Shown here: piece after piece, positions 13,494-26,219 of the stretch | Layout of the letters: each line of letters starts with the position of its first letter | How positions within the stretch are numbered: position 1 is the first letter of the stretch | Notes under the pieces: model-generated | Seen by the model: the letters and a program-made list of their open reading frames with translations, nothing else | Told to the model about the DNA's origin: nothing | The model's database searches: none | From: Lama guanicoe | Taxonomy: Eukaryota | Direction: 5' to 3' | Assembly: GCA_013239625.1 (NCBI GenBank) | Contig: MU054212.1 | Span: forward strand, 8,127,412-8,191,411 | DNA length: 64,000 nt | Position numbers and translations under genes: made by a program

Positions 13494-13554
13494 CCTCTGT
13501 GATCTTTCTGACCTCATCTCCTGCAACTACCCTCCTGCCCCACAAGATGAACCC

Positions 13555-13682
13555 TCAGACACTCGAGTGTAGGATTCATGAGGACAGAGAATTTTGTCTA
13601 TTTTGTTAATTTCTGTATCTCCAGAGTCAGTTTTTTCTAGCACGCAGTAGGCGCTCAGTAAATATTTGTTGCATGAATGATT
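13555..13682 (+). mobile_element. L2 3' end
   Basis: catgaggacagag...tagcacgcagtaggcgctcagtaaatatttgttgcatgaatga. Confidence 0.75.
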
Positions 13683-15699
13683 GAGCCCAAACACAAGTAT
13701 CACTGCCTTGGTGAAGCTCTTCCTGTCTCCCCAGGCAAGGTTACTTTCTTTTCTATATTCCTATGATACTTAATACATTCTTCAATTATAACATTTATCA
13801 CATTGTATTTTTATGGAAAACATATTTAAAGCTCTTAAATTTAACCAGATGGAATAATTCAAAAGCACATTTTTATTTAATAGACTGAAACCTCACATTG
13901 CACAGATTTGATTGATTGATTACAGAAATCATAATGTTCTGCAAGTTTGTAAATTACATTCCCATCATGTTCTATGAGTTATTCCACAAAATTAAGTCCA
14001 ATCTTGAGAAAATCCCCCCCAAAAAAAAAGCAAATTAGGAAACAAATTCCAATACACAGAGAAATCTCCTAAGGAATGGCATGTTCTATGTTTTGACATT
14101 ATGAAAGGCTTGTCATTTTACGAGCACATAGGAAGGAGGCTTGCAAAATTCTGCCTTGTGAACATATCAGCATAGCCATAAATGAGGCTGATAAATAATC
14201 TGCAAAGACGAGTAATCTCGAAAGTCAATCCCAGAGGAGCATTGCCTGTTCAGGTTGGCTTTGAAGGAGAGCTTTCTTCATCTGGGGGAAAATATTCACC
14301 AATTTTTTCTTAAATAAAATGCTATTGCCAAAAGCCAGGAGGCACATAGAGATTACAGAATTCTCATCAGGTCTAAAGGAAGAGCTAATAAAATCTTCTG
14401 TGCCTCAGGGAGAAAGTAGTGAGCAAGGACCACTCTCAAGTTCATCTCTCTGCCAGCAATGTGATTTCAGAACCAGCACCACTGGTTGGCCAGTCATGTG
14501 TTTAGTCACTGCTGTCAATTTGGGTGCGGAGCATATTTTAAGCCATTGATGGATAACCTGTCCCTGCCATTCCCTACTGGAAAATACTAGGATATACGCC
14601 TGGGAGAAATTGCTTGTCCCAGGGCAGCAATGGTGACTGCTAAGTGGAATCTTCTGTCTACAGTCAGAGGTGGTAACAATCTAAGAAGCCGCCATCTAAG
14701 GCAGTGTGACAGCTGTGAATGCCTTTGACAGCGATGATTATCAGCCTCAGTGAACACGCTTCAACCTGGAAAAGGCATTCGTGATGAGTAGGTACCGCTG
14801 GGGTGGAATCGGAATTAACATCCATTCCTGGCTAATGACTTCACATCTTCTCTGCTGTTGTATTTTGAGATTTCTCAAATCCAAGGCAACGCAAAAATCC
14901 CTGTTTGAGACGCATGTCACATGTGGGAGGAGTAGAGAGGTGTTGATTTCTGCCAAGACACAATTGCCAGTGCTCGCTGGCCTCATCTCGAGAGAAACAG
15001 GATTGTGCTATACAACCTAGGGACTCAGAAAATTAAAGTCTGGGCTGGTGCCCAGTTCCGTCTTCCTTGATTGGACTTGTGTCCTGGGACGGCTGCCGGC
15101 TTCCTTTTTTGCTCTTTGCTCTGGCCCTGTGCCTCCTGGGTTCCCCTTAGTGATCTTGCTCTCCAAACATGCATTTTATAAAAAAAAAATACTCATTTGA
15201 CCTTTTTTTGGTGTATGTCTTAACGCCATTAGAATAGGAGCTCAGAGGCAGGATCAGTTCCTCTGGTGCATAACAAATGCTTATTAATTAACACACTGGC
15301 CCTTCCAATATTGCTGCGAGCTTTTTCGTGCAAATATTTGACGCTCGTTATTTGCTGACACTATATTCATGACTCTTAATGTCACCTCATTCCTTCAGTA
15401 TCTTTGTTAGGTCAGAATATTAGTGATCTTGCAAAGAATTAACAGGTTCCCGGCTTGTTGAAGATGCCCTGATTTTCTTCAGTAATCATTGATGGGTCTG
15501 ATCTGAAATTCACCCTCTTAAAAACATCTCTGAGAGCACCTTCTCGAATCCGGTCCACATTTCTCTGCCCTTACCTGACTCAAACTTTGTGACATTTGGC
15601 CCTAGAGGCACCTCTCTCGTCTCTGATACCTGCTTCTCCCCTGGGCCCAGCAAAACCGCTCCCTCCTGTGATTTGCCCCAGCAGGTAGAATCCTTCACA

Positions 15700-15800
15700 G
15701 TCTTTTTTATTTTTTCTTCTTTTTTTTTGTCTTTTTTTTTCTTTTTTTCAGACTTCTTTTTTACCACTCAGCTTTTAAAAAGTTCCTTCTCTTTCTCCCT
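15700..15800. repeat. T-rich polypyrimidine low-complexity tract
   Basis: Runs of T broken by C; responsible for the Lys-rich and Phe-rich chance ORFs here. Confidence 0.85.
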
Positions 15801-15999
15801 GAGTGAGGGCAACTACACCCACAGCTTCAGTTCTCACCTATGAGATAATTTCCTCCAAATCTTATGTATCTCCAAGTCAAATGTAAATTCAAAGACCCAC
15901 CTGTTCCCTTAATCAACAAATACTTAAGGAATCCCCACTGTGTGTGAAGCCTGGTGGCCACTCGGTGACCACTTCCTGTCACCCCGAGGGTGTCCTCTA

Positions 16000-17178
16000 G
16001 GTACTTCTCCGTGTCCAAAACACTAGGAGAATCTTCCTTCCAGAAGAGCAATTCAATCTGTATTTCCCATCTTAATAAATGATGCCATTCATTAACCACT
16101 TGGTCACCCAAACTGTAAACTTGGACTTCATTTGAAATCTTTCTCCTTCACGGCCCATCCTTCGTCCCCATCAGTGTCTATGCCCACATCCAGTTGATCA
16201 GCAAATTATAGCGGCTATACCCTGTGAATATCTCCAATCTCTGCTGGCTTCTCCAACCCGTTGGCTTCTGTCTAAGTCTAGGCCTTCATCACTGACTCAT
16301 TCTAATCTTCTCCAGCATAGCTTCCGTCCTACTGCTGTGGCAGAATTGCTTGATATGCAAATTTCATCATGAATTTCCCTCCCTAAAGTAACTTCATGGT
16401 TCCAAGATACCTTCAGAATGAAGGTCAATCTTCTTAGCTTGGGCACAGCACCTCCCTGCCCCCGATCCTGGCCCTGTCCCCTGCCATTGTGTGCTCTGTT
16501 CTTGGTCCATAGTAAACAACTTGCTGTCTCGCAGGGACATCACGCCCTTTCCTACCTCAGTACCTAAGTATACCTGCTTGGGAAGCCCTCTGTTCTCCTC
16601 TACACCACCATCCCTCTTCTAAATGACAATAGAGCCTAGTGGATAATTATGTAAACTTTGAGGCCAAGAAAACCAGCTATCCAATCCTGGACAAGCTGTT
16701 TTTCCTCCCTGAGCCTCAATTTTGTCGTTAGGGTTGTTGTGAGAATCAAATGAGATATGTGTTGAATAAATGAAGCACGTATTCATTTAGTGCCTATGAC
16801 CTGCTAGGTCTCATTCTGAGAACCGAAGCTATCGCAGTAAATGAAACAGTTGAAGCCCCTCCCTAAAGGATCTTATATTCTGTCTTGCACTAAGGAAGTG
16901 ATCAAAAAAGGCTATAATTATAATAGCTCCTTGGGGAAACTTTTCAGACCTATTTCCCAGTTTCCATCCTGAATTAGGTGCTCATCTTCTGTGGTCCCAA
17001 ATTACCCCATACAGTGCCATTATTACAGCATCATGTATCATAATTGCCAATATTTTTATCTTACTTACCCATAGCTCTGAGTTCTTTGAGGACAGACCCT
17101 GGACTTGTCTTGTTTTATCAGCTTCTAGGACACAAGAAACTGTGTTATAAGTGTCAAGTGAATGAATGAATGAATGAA
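16000..17178 (+). mobile_element. Fragmented L2 ending in (GAAT)n, interrupted by a MIR at about 16640-16760
   Basis: L2 body motifs (aaatttcatcatg...ccctaaagtaacttcatggttcc), gagttctttgaggacagacc and the terminal gaatgaatgaatgaatgaa. Confidence 0.6.
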
Positions 17179-17224
17179 CATTTTAAAGGATGCCTAACAT
17201 ATTTAAAAATAACATACCACTAAA

Positions 17225-17455
17225 GAGCATTTGCTATATGCCAGACACTGTGTTAACTGTTTTAAATATATTATGTAACTTAATCTTTACAGCATCACTG
17301 TGAAATCAGTATTATTACACAGACATCGTAGGTGAGAAAACGAAATCTCAGAGATGCAGAGTAACTTGCTAGGGTCACCCAGCCAGCAGGTGGGGAAAAC
17401 AAGCCAGGGACCCAGGTCTGCCTGACTCCAGAACCCCAACTTTAATCCACGATGC
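17225..17455 (-). mobile_element. MIR
   Basis: gagcatttgctatatgccagacactgtg...gagtaacttgctagggtcacccagc...cccaggtctgcctgactccaga. Confidence 0.75.
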
Positions 17456-19519
17456 TAGTTGGTGATGTAGGACAATGGTCTGCATATACTTTATTTGAGA
17501 TATAATTGTGTACATAAGACAAAACTTTAACCCATAGTCAGATGTACACACACGTTAGCTTAGTTATTTTTTTCTGTAATCTGTGCAACTTTCTTCGCCC
17601 TGCTGAAGGGGGCTGGAAATGAAAGGTTTTTGACTTGCCAGTTCAGAGTATGACAGCTTCTTCCTTTTTAGACTGTCTTTGGAGAGCTCCATCTCTTGGG
17701 TGAATATTCGGTGTTTTAGATGTCCGTCTTTCTCCCTAGCCACCCCCTGCCTAACCGTACCAAGCCTGTGATCTTAGCCTTTAGCGTGATGATGCCGTGC
17801 CTTGATTGGAGAGGAAGGTGCTGGGGAGACACTATTTAAGGCCATCGTTTCCCGGAGTCTCAAATGGGCCTTTTACCTCATTATGCAAAAGGAAGTCCCT
17901 TAGGGTGAGAACAAAGCCAAAACCTCTCTAACATCTCCCTTCAGGGACCTGAAGATGGGAGACGCTTTTTCCCACCTTCACCCTCTTCTTCCCACCTCCA
18001 GTTGGGGTTGGAAAGGGTCCTCTCCCCATCCTCTTCCTGCCCGTTCAGCGCTTTCCCTGTGTCCTAGCATCCTCCTTCCCAAAGTGGAATGTGCCTTCCC
18101 TTCTCCCACGGGCTAAACTGGAGAATGGCTGCCAGGCAACCTGATTTATGGGGCGAGGAATGAAAACACATCTGTTTAATATTTTCAAATTATTACCCGT
18201 GTTACCCCTGCATCTCGGAGGGTAATCACAGGTCTCTGGGGCTCTCTGGGTCCCTTTATAGTGGCGTGGTTCAGAGCAGTCCTGGAGGAAGATTTACAAG
18301 GGGTCTTAGGTCCTCCACCTGCCCCACTACCGCTCCCCTTTCAGCCCATCGACCCAAATTCCTGGTCAGAGTCCTCGCCTCCACAAACGGCTGAGAAACA
18401 GTGGGAGTGTTCTCGCCACACGGTTAGTTGGTGTAGTCAGTGAGCTATACTACATTCAAATTCTGGCAAACTGAGGCCCTATGATAACACTAATTATGTA
18501 ACCTGTTATTTAAGTACAGGATTATGGAAAAGTAAGCTGTACTCAGGAGCCCAAAATGAAAGCATTCAATATCTGATTTGTGGACTATGCCTTTTAACTT
18601 CAGACCCTCCCCAAAGAAAGGGGAAGCTTTTGTGAAAGGGAACAAATTAGTGAGGAAATGGACAGCGTGGGTCAAGTAACAGAAATAGTAAGAGGAAGCT
18701 CTGATCTTTTGTAGCAGTAAGGACACTCAAGCCCCTTGAGCTCATTGTTCAACGTGAGGCTTGCTGTGTGTCTCTTGTCTTTAGATACTGATCTGGGTAC
18801 CTCGTTAAGTCTTAGGTTAGAATTGGATCCTTACTGTATGAAAAAAAAAAGTTCTCATATAAGCTGAGATATGAAGGAATCAACTCGTGCTCTCTGAATT
18901 CACGGGAGAAAGTAGAAAATAAAATTAGAAAAATGGAGTTCAAAAGGAGAATATAGAATGGGGGGGAAAATGCCTCCTTGTTTGAGATTATCATTACCAT
19001 CTGGGTTGTAAACCATTTGATTCTAATTTGAGAAGCCTGATGCCAGAAATAATTTATTACTAGGGAGATATGCTGGAGAATTGTCAGGAATGACAGAGTT
19101 CTTACTTGTTCTAATATCTGTTTCACAAAATTATGCAAGTAAGCCATACAATGATGTGATGGGGTGAGCCTGGTATTTTCTGCTACATACATTTATTGTC
19201 TTTTGCATCCCAATTCTTCTTCCTTTCCCACCCCACAAAAGGTCAGAGACCACTTTTGATAAGCAGAGAATCCTTCAAACTCTCTTCTTCTCTCTGAAGG
19301 AAAGCTCTGGACACATCTGGAATCTGTTCGGAATTTATAATCTAATCCATAGACTTTGCACAATACTAGCAAGTCTGTTCAAGGCTATCTTTTCATAGTG
19401 GTCATTTGAGAGTGTACATAAAGTACTTGGGTCTTACCGTGATCTATAACATTTACGAGTTCACATTAAACATAGATCACCACTGTCCAATCACATTGAT
19501 AAAAGCACGTCATTTTGAA

Positions 19520-19850
19520 GTTCCAGTTCACCACTTCCTGGCTGTGTGACCTTGGACGAGTTAGTCAATTTCACTAGTTTACTCATCTCCAAAATAGGGA
19601 TGGGGGAGGGTATAGCTCAGTGGTAGAGTGCATCTTTAGCATGCACAATGTCATGGGTTCCATCCCCAGTACCTCGAGTTAAATAAAAATAAATAAATAA
19701 CCTAATTAACCCCCCGAAGAAAAACAAAAAACCAAATAGAGATGATAATAATAATAGTACCTGTCTCGCAGGCAATGTATTTGAAAACTGAATTTTAATG
19801 ATATGGAACAGCTTGAATGTTGAGAGCTTCCAAATACTAAATTGGGTGTT
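19520..19850 (+). mobile_element. MIR split by the SINE at 19603-19733
   Basis: ccacttcctggctgtgtgaccttgg...ctcatctccaaaataggg | ataataatagtacct continues the MIR core across the insertion. Confidence 0.75.
19603..19733 (+). mobile_element. tRNA-Ala-derived camelid SINE (vic-1-like) inserted in a MIR
   Basis: Head GGGGAGGGTATAGCTCAGTGGTAGAG...GGTTCCATCCCCAGTACCTC, then AT-rich linker, CCTAATTA-C run and A tail. TSD aaatagggatg (19592-19602) / aaatagagatg (19734-19744). Confidence 0.9.
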
Positions 19851-20532
19851 CACTTATTTAATTCAAGGACAATAAAATGTAAGACAAGGATTTAATTATC
19901 TGTATCAGGAGGCAGTATAAGAATTTTGATTGAGAGGTCTTGGGCAATCATCTTCTAAAATGCTGGTTATCTTTTTTTTTTTTTAAACCTCTCTGGGGAT
20001 TCTTTTCTGCAGAAAATCTCTCGATTTGCAATCTTTCATCTTCCCATTGTTAACGTAAAGGTACATTGATTAGAAGGAAATGCAGCTTCCTCTTAGATTT
20101 TCAGGTTTGGGGCTACTCTTGGGGAGGAGGTTGCTCCTGTTTGGAGAATAGGGGAAGAGAAGCAGCTGGAAATGTTAACCGCTTAGTCTGATCCATTTTC
20201 TAGAAGCAGGCCACCATGTTGTATTTTTCTAAAAGCAGACCAAGTTTAATTTTCACGGCAGAAGAACTTGGTATCGAAGGAGTTAAAGGGTCTCCCACAC
20301 CCCTCTGCCTGAATCGTTCTTTTGTGTACACAGCTGCAGTGGGAGCTCGGCTCGGAAAGGAAATGGTTAGAGGAAGAGCTGGTTTTCAGACCCAGGCGAG
20401 TCTGCGAGGGGGGCCGCGGGTGGCCTGGGGTTTTACGTGCCAGATGTAGGCCTGCCCGGGTGCCTGCCTGGAGCCGCTGGCGTGGTCGCGCCGTGGCCCT
20501 GTGCGAATCCAGGCGAGGTGATGAGTTAGCGG

Positions 20533-20546
20533 GTTGCTATGGGGAC
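20533..20546 (+). promoter_or_regulatory. RFX X-box-like motif GTTGCTATGGGGAC
   Basis: Close match to the X-box consensus GTTGCCATGGCAAC, located in the proximal promoter. Confidence 0.6.
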
Positions 20547-20554
20547 GGGCCGGC

Positions 20555-20563
20555 CCACGTGAC
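20555..20563. promoter_or_regulatory. E-box CCACGTGAC (USF / MiT-TFE type)
   Basis: CACGTG core at 20556-20561 with the GTCACGTG flank on the minus strand. Confidence 0.6.
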
Positions 20564-20585
20564 CAGGCTGCTGCTGCCGGCGCTC

Positions 20586-20593
20586 TGACGTCA
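20586..20593. promoter_or_regulatory. Full palindromic CRE TGACGTCA (CREB/ATF)
   Basis: Perfect 8-bp CRE within cTGACGTCAg, about 190 bp upstream of the ATG inside the CpG island. Confidence 0.7.
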
Positions 20594-20599
20594 GCAGCC

Positions 20600-20630
20600 G
20601 GGAGGGCGGGACGCGGGAGGGCGGGGCGGG
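20600..20630 (+). promoter_or_regulatory. Sp/KLF GC-box cluster, G-quadruplex-forming tract
   Basis: GGGAGGGCGGGACGCGGGAGGGCGGGGCGGG: seven G runs of at least 3 nt with mostly 1-nt loops. Confidence 0.65.
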
Positions 20631-20777
20631 AGCCGAGCCGGGAGAAGGGAGCCGCGAGCAGCGAGCAGGCGGCAGGCGCGGTCTGCGCGAGGAGCAGGCG
20701 AGCGGGAAGGCGAGACGCAGCCACCTCCGTCCCCAGCCAGCCCACAGCGGTTTGTTCCCATCCTCGGGAGTGCGCCA

Positions 20778-20896
20778 ATGCCTGGGCCGACCCAAACCCT
20801 GTCCCCAAATGGCGAGAACAACAACGACATCATCCAGGATAACGGGACCATCATTCCTTTCCGGAAGCACACAGTGCGCGGGGAGCGTTCCTACAG
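20778..20896 (+). CDS. MAPRE2: MAPRE2 (EB2) coding exon 1, N-terminal extension MPGPTQTLSPNGENNNDIIQDNGTIIPFRKHTVRGERSY(S)
   Basis: Manual translation from ATG 20778 gives the recognisable EB2 N-terminus. The exon is 119 nt (39 codons + 2 nt) and ends at donor AG|GTAATG. Its phase matches exon 2. The ORF track misses it because it is under 60 aa. Confidence 0.97.
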
Positions 20897-23800
20897 GTAA
20901 TGGGGCTGGCACGGAGCGGCGCGGGCGGGGGGCCGCGGCGGGCGCGCGGAAATCCGCCCGTTATATAATGGAGCGGCCGCTGCCCCGGACCGGGCTGCAG
21001 ACGTGCGTTTGTAAAGGCGGTTGTGATTATTTGCGATCTGTTTCCATGTGTCATGTTGGGTGTGCACGGAGGCTTCACGACTGCAGATGGAAAGCATTTT
21101 GTGAATAGGTTTGCTGCCTGCAAGGGGTCTCCCTCCATCTCTTTCCTTCCACACTGATAAAAATGCAAGCAATTTTGGCCCCCCTCTCCAAAGGGAGACA
21201 GGCTGGAGCACTTCCTTTCCTCTTTCCCTTTTAGATTTTAAAGGAACCGGGAGGTAGGCTGTGCCTGAAGACAGGGAACCAGGAGGATGGTGAGGAAAAT
21301 GCGCTTGCCCTGGTGTGTGTGTGCAGGAAAGATGGAATCCTCTAGATTAAGCTGCAGTCTGTGATGTTGAACCGCCAGATTGATGGAGCTTTGTAAGAAT
21401 TCTGCTCGCTGATTGGTGCAAGGATTGACAGCAGAGGTCACGGTGTCAGACATTCACCAAAATTTTCTCCGTAGAACCCAAGGTTTATTAGAAAGAGACT
21501 GGACTGCAGTGGACCTGAAAAGAACTGGGCGCCGTTATGCATTTTCTTAGGAGTTTATGGCTTCCGCATGGGTGGGGGGAGTCCGCCCTTCTTACTTACA
21601 GTAGGAAGGTAATTCGTCGAGGTCTGATTTGAGGATGGGACTGATCTTGGTCATTGTATTGTGAGCCTTTTGATTAATGAGTCAGCCTGTACGGTTGGCA
21701 TCATTTTTACATTAGCATATCTGGCAATATGTTCTAGTAGATAAGCTCATTAAAATTGTTTGCATTGTTTGATAAGGATAACAATGTAATGGAGAATGCA
21801 GCTAGTCTGATGTAGCTCGAAGCCAGACTTGAAGGGAGACTGATAGCTTCGCTCATATTTCCTCTGAAGTTCTTTTGTACTGGGGGTAGTTATTTTTAAA
21901 TGTTACCTTGATAACTGCTAACAATGCTTCTGCTTTGAGGCAGAGCACACATACCTCTGAAACGCATCCTCCCAGCTACTGAGCAACAGGAAATAACTCT
22001 TCTTTTTTTTTTTATGCCTTCATCTAAACATTCAGATGGTATTATGGGCAGTATAGTCTGTGTGTATAAATGTTGCCTATTTATAAAATAGGATCGAAAG
22101 TACGCCACTTCCTCTTTCTTTGACCAGAGAAACCCTATTAGCTGACAAAAAAAAAAAAAAAAGCAACCTTTGCCCTGTCATCCCTGGCAGTTATATAAAT
22201 ACTGGGAGTTAATTTTGGCTGTGCCCAATGAGGTCACCAAAATCTCATGCCTATGGCTCCAACTGATATGTTGACATGGCATCCTGACAGATTCCAAGTG
22301 CTTGTTATTCTCTTAATATAAACCGAAATCGGTCCACAAGCTCTGGGACTCTCCTTTTGGAGACCCATGTGATTGGAAAGTTGGGTCCCTTCTCGCCCTT
22401 ACCCCTCCACCTTTCTCTGTGAGCATTCCAAAGCTTAAAATAGAATTTAAAAACAAAAACAAAAACCCTGAGTTGCTTCTAAACTTCACTTATTTAAACT
22501 GTTCTTATAGGGAATAAATTTGAAGCCCTTATTTCTTAAATGATTTAATCTTTGCCCTGTAAGTAGCTTTGAAAGATGGAGTTCGAATTTTACCACATGG
22601 GCCGAAGGCAGTTGCCTGCTTGGGTTTTTTTAGTCATATGAACTCACTTGCAATGGCAATGGAAAAATCACTTGGTGGAAAAGTTAAATGCTACCTTTTG
22701 TCGATCAATGACTGCCTTAAAATAAAAAAATTATTCACCTTTTTAATTCAGTCCAAGTTGTTACTTCCATTTCCTGAATTATTTCCACTTCGCTTCCTGA
22801 GTCCCTGTAATGGTGCCTGAAATTATGTGAAAAACAAAACTGAATCTGAATAAAGATCTGACTGAGCAAAATCTTAAGTCACCAAGAGCATTGCTGCATT
22901 TGTATTTTATATAATAGGATTAGTGGACATATAAGTGGGAGATGTCATAGGTTAAATGAAGAAAGAAGACTCCAAAATTGCCTTTATGTTATACAAAGGG
23001 TGCACATGGAGACCAACACACTTGCTGTTTTCCTTGGTCTACTTTTCCTTCAAAGTGGAAGATCAGTGTAGTATAACTTCCACTTTTTTTTTTTTTTTTT
23101 GGAGGAGCAGAGGAGAAGGAAAAATGTAACACATTTTTCTATCCAGGAAGTGTTTCATAATTATTTCAGCATCCTGAGGCTGGGATAATATTGCTATTTA
23201 ATTGCTGAGGAAACTTGGAAGGCAGTTTGAAAGCCAGAGTAGAGATTTAAGCACAGAGGTTTTACTTTGGCTGTAGGTTCACTGTGGACCCCAACAATGA
23301 GGTGTGCCTGAGAGTTCTGCTGGAGTGCCGGGGAGGGACCTGGTCAGCCCAGCGCCCTGGAATGACCAGAGGGGTTCTTTTCTGGTTCCTTTACTGACTT
23401 CTAGGAAGAGCCCGCCCCCTCAGGTCCTTCATCTTTGGCTTTATTTTCTACACTTGCTTGTTACGTACAAGGATGTAACATTGCATTCTTATAAAAGGTT
23501 TTGTGAGGTTAATTTCAAACGCTCGAAACAAAAACTATCTTAAAAGAGGTCTGTAAGTAAAAGAAAGATGCTGTTGTAGAAAGGGGACTCTTTCAGGCAC
23601 TCCAGGACAAGGACACCCTCCTGGGAGCACAGGTGTGAGGGGGAGCAGACACCCAGCGATCGATTGGGTTGGGGTGGGGAGCAGGGAGTCCCCTTTCCCA
23701 GCAGGACACATTATTGTCATAACATTTGCACCAGGTTGCTGATAAATAAGGATCAAAATATGGTTCACCACCCAGATATCTTAACCCAGGTATCTTTTGG

Positions 23801-26219
23801 TGTAAACAGAGGCCGTTTTTACAGCCTGGACTAGAGGAGGTGGTAAATCATTATTGAAACAGCGTGCACTTTGATTTGAAGGGCAAGTTTCCTTTACAAA
23901 ACGACCCTCCCATTGGTAATTTCAGCTGAAAAGAGCAAGTGCAGAAAGGGCTCAGCGGTGCCGCGTGGACGTGTTTCCACGGCTCACGGCCGGCCGCTAC
24001 TCTGTGATCAATCGCCTCCCTGGCCTCACCCTCCTCATCTCCTTTATGAGCGCTAGGAATCCATGTATTTTCAGAGCTGCTTAAAAAACAAATGTGGTGC
24101 AGGCCATCTGAGGTGATGCTGTTTAATTCACAGAGTCGTGCTCTGGCTCTCCCTGGAGAGGCGACTCCCTATAGCTCTGTTTCATGCAGATGCTCGTAGG
24201 AAATGAGATTCATTAACTGGCCCTCTGCCCACCGCATCTTTGTTTGCATATTTCAGCCTTTTCCGAATGAATGTATAAATCCAGAGGACTGTTTCCACAT
24301 GGGTGTTTGAACATGCAACTACAGTAGTATGTGTTTCCGAATACTTAAAATATATATATATATTACTTGGCCCCAGGAAATGGATAGTAAAGAAAGGCAA
24401 AACAAAAATATAAGCCTAAAACATTAGCTTTGACATCCAACTTTGCCAGTGTGGAAAAATGAACTCTTGGTAAGGAAAACAAAACGAAATATTCTGTGTG
24501 TAACAGGGAGTATAGTGAAGCATGTTCCACTTAGTAGAAGCTATGGTAACATGCCTCACTTTAACCAGAATGTAGATTTCAGATCATATTCCCCCCCCCC
24601 CCAAAGCAGTTGCAGGCTGCAGCAGTCTCCATGCAGCTCTGTTACGTATGTGTGTACACATGTATCGGTATCATCTCCGTTCACTGCTATCATAGGTGGT
24701 TTTTAAAAACTGATTTTTGTCCTTACTATTTTTCTTAGTATTTTTAAAGGATTACTTAGTGTTTCATTAGGTGCCCAATTTTGAACTTCTTTGCAGAGTC
24801 CTTTGTCAGAGCTTCTGTTAAAGGGATGGTCTTCCGGGTGCCCTTGGTGAGAGGCTCACCCCTGCTCAGCAGCGGTTGTCCTTGGTCTGGTCTGTTTACA
24901 GTGTGTTATCTTAGCTGAACAGTGCTTTGAGATGGTCCTCTGAATTTACGAGGTTGAGTTCTACATGCAGCCTCTTTCCTTTGGATACAGGGACCTCTTG
25001 AAGCTGCAATGAATAATCCCTTAGATTAGTGGAGGGGGAAATATTGGGACTAACCTAAATATTTCATTTGGTTTGGAGAATTGATTAGACAAATACTTGA
25101 GAGTCTTACTTACCAGGCTGTCTGCTAGCTGCGCCTTCAAGGACCTTGTGTTCTAGCAAAGTCAGATGCTTTATGCAGCTCATTTTCTAAGTTTTACTCT
25201 GTTGTCAATATTTGGCTTGGTCTGATAGCAAAAGTGGTTTGCATTTCCTGAGCCCACAGTGACTCAGAGTAGAAAAAGATACCCTCAAGGCCAGTAGCTA
25301 TAGGAAGCGAAAAGAAAAGAGTGGAGGCTTTAGAATCAGAATGTTCATCGGCCTGGCAAGGTGCACGTTGAGCAGTAGTGGAAAGAGAGTCAGGAGCCTT
25401 GGAAGGCGGGCAGGGAGGCCAGAACTTGAAAATAGAGAGCCATTGAAAGCACATTAACTGAAAAACGGTGTAATAAAAACCGAAGTGCATCCTGGAATTG
25501 AGCTCCTGTTTTGCAGTGAGAATTGAAAGGAAGATGGAATCCTGCAGTGCCCCATCCTGCCGAGCCCAGAATTCATAGAGAATATTTAATTCACTATAAG
25601 AGAGAGAAGGCTCTAACCCTGACGTAGGGCTCAGGACAAGGTAGATGGACGCTCCTCGCTCAAGTCATCTTTCCCCGAGTGGAAGCAATCAGGGCAACTT
25701 CATCCCAGAACAGGACTGGTACTTAGGTCAGATGGTGGCTTCTGTATTTGTAGCTGCCCACATCCTAGTTGGCGGTCTAAAGGGATGGCTGTCGGGTAGA
25801 GTTAACACTGTTCTGGTCTTGCTGTACTCAGAAGCACGGCGTCCGGTATTTCATTGTGAAAGATCCTCCTCACTCATTTAGTGCCGTGAAGCATGCAGAT
25901 GTGACAGGTGAAGCTGCTTACAATGCTCCTTATGGCCCCGGTGCTAATTCCTCTTGCAGCTGGAAGGTGATCACCTTGATGGCAGGCTCTGGTGTGGACT
26001 GAGCGTTTGACCTGGGTTGTGGGGATTTGTTTCCTTTTGAATTTTATCACTTTCACTTTCAGGGAATTGATTTGCTCCTCTCCTGTGAAAAGTATCTCTC
26101 TGCACGATGAAATACGTTAGAATATATGTTAGAGTAGTTTCATTCTTGACTTGAGGCTGCCTTTCAGCTGTCAGCCTCTGTAATACTAAATTGAATATGT
26201 CATACTCATCCAATATCTT

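Larger units (their letters stand above)
20340..21080. promoter_or_regulatory. CpG island / promoter and 5' UTR of MAPRE2
   Basis: Sharp rise in GC and CpG density around exon 1 against an AT-rich, CpG-poor background. Multiple GGGCGG boxes. No TATA box upstream of the ATG. Confidence 0.92.

Noticed and set aside
15510..15843. Lys-rich and Phe-rich ORFs
   Set aside because: Translations of a poly-T low-complexity tract.
20386..21211. Several overlapping 90-140 aa ORFs on both strands
   Set aside because: Expected from stop-codon scarcity in a CpG island. Only the ATG 20778 frame, and conditionally the ATG 20809 frame, has supporting splice logic.
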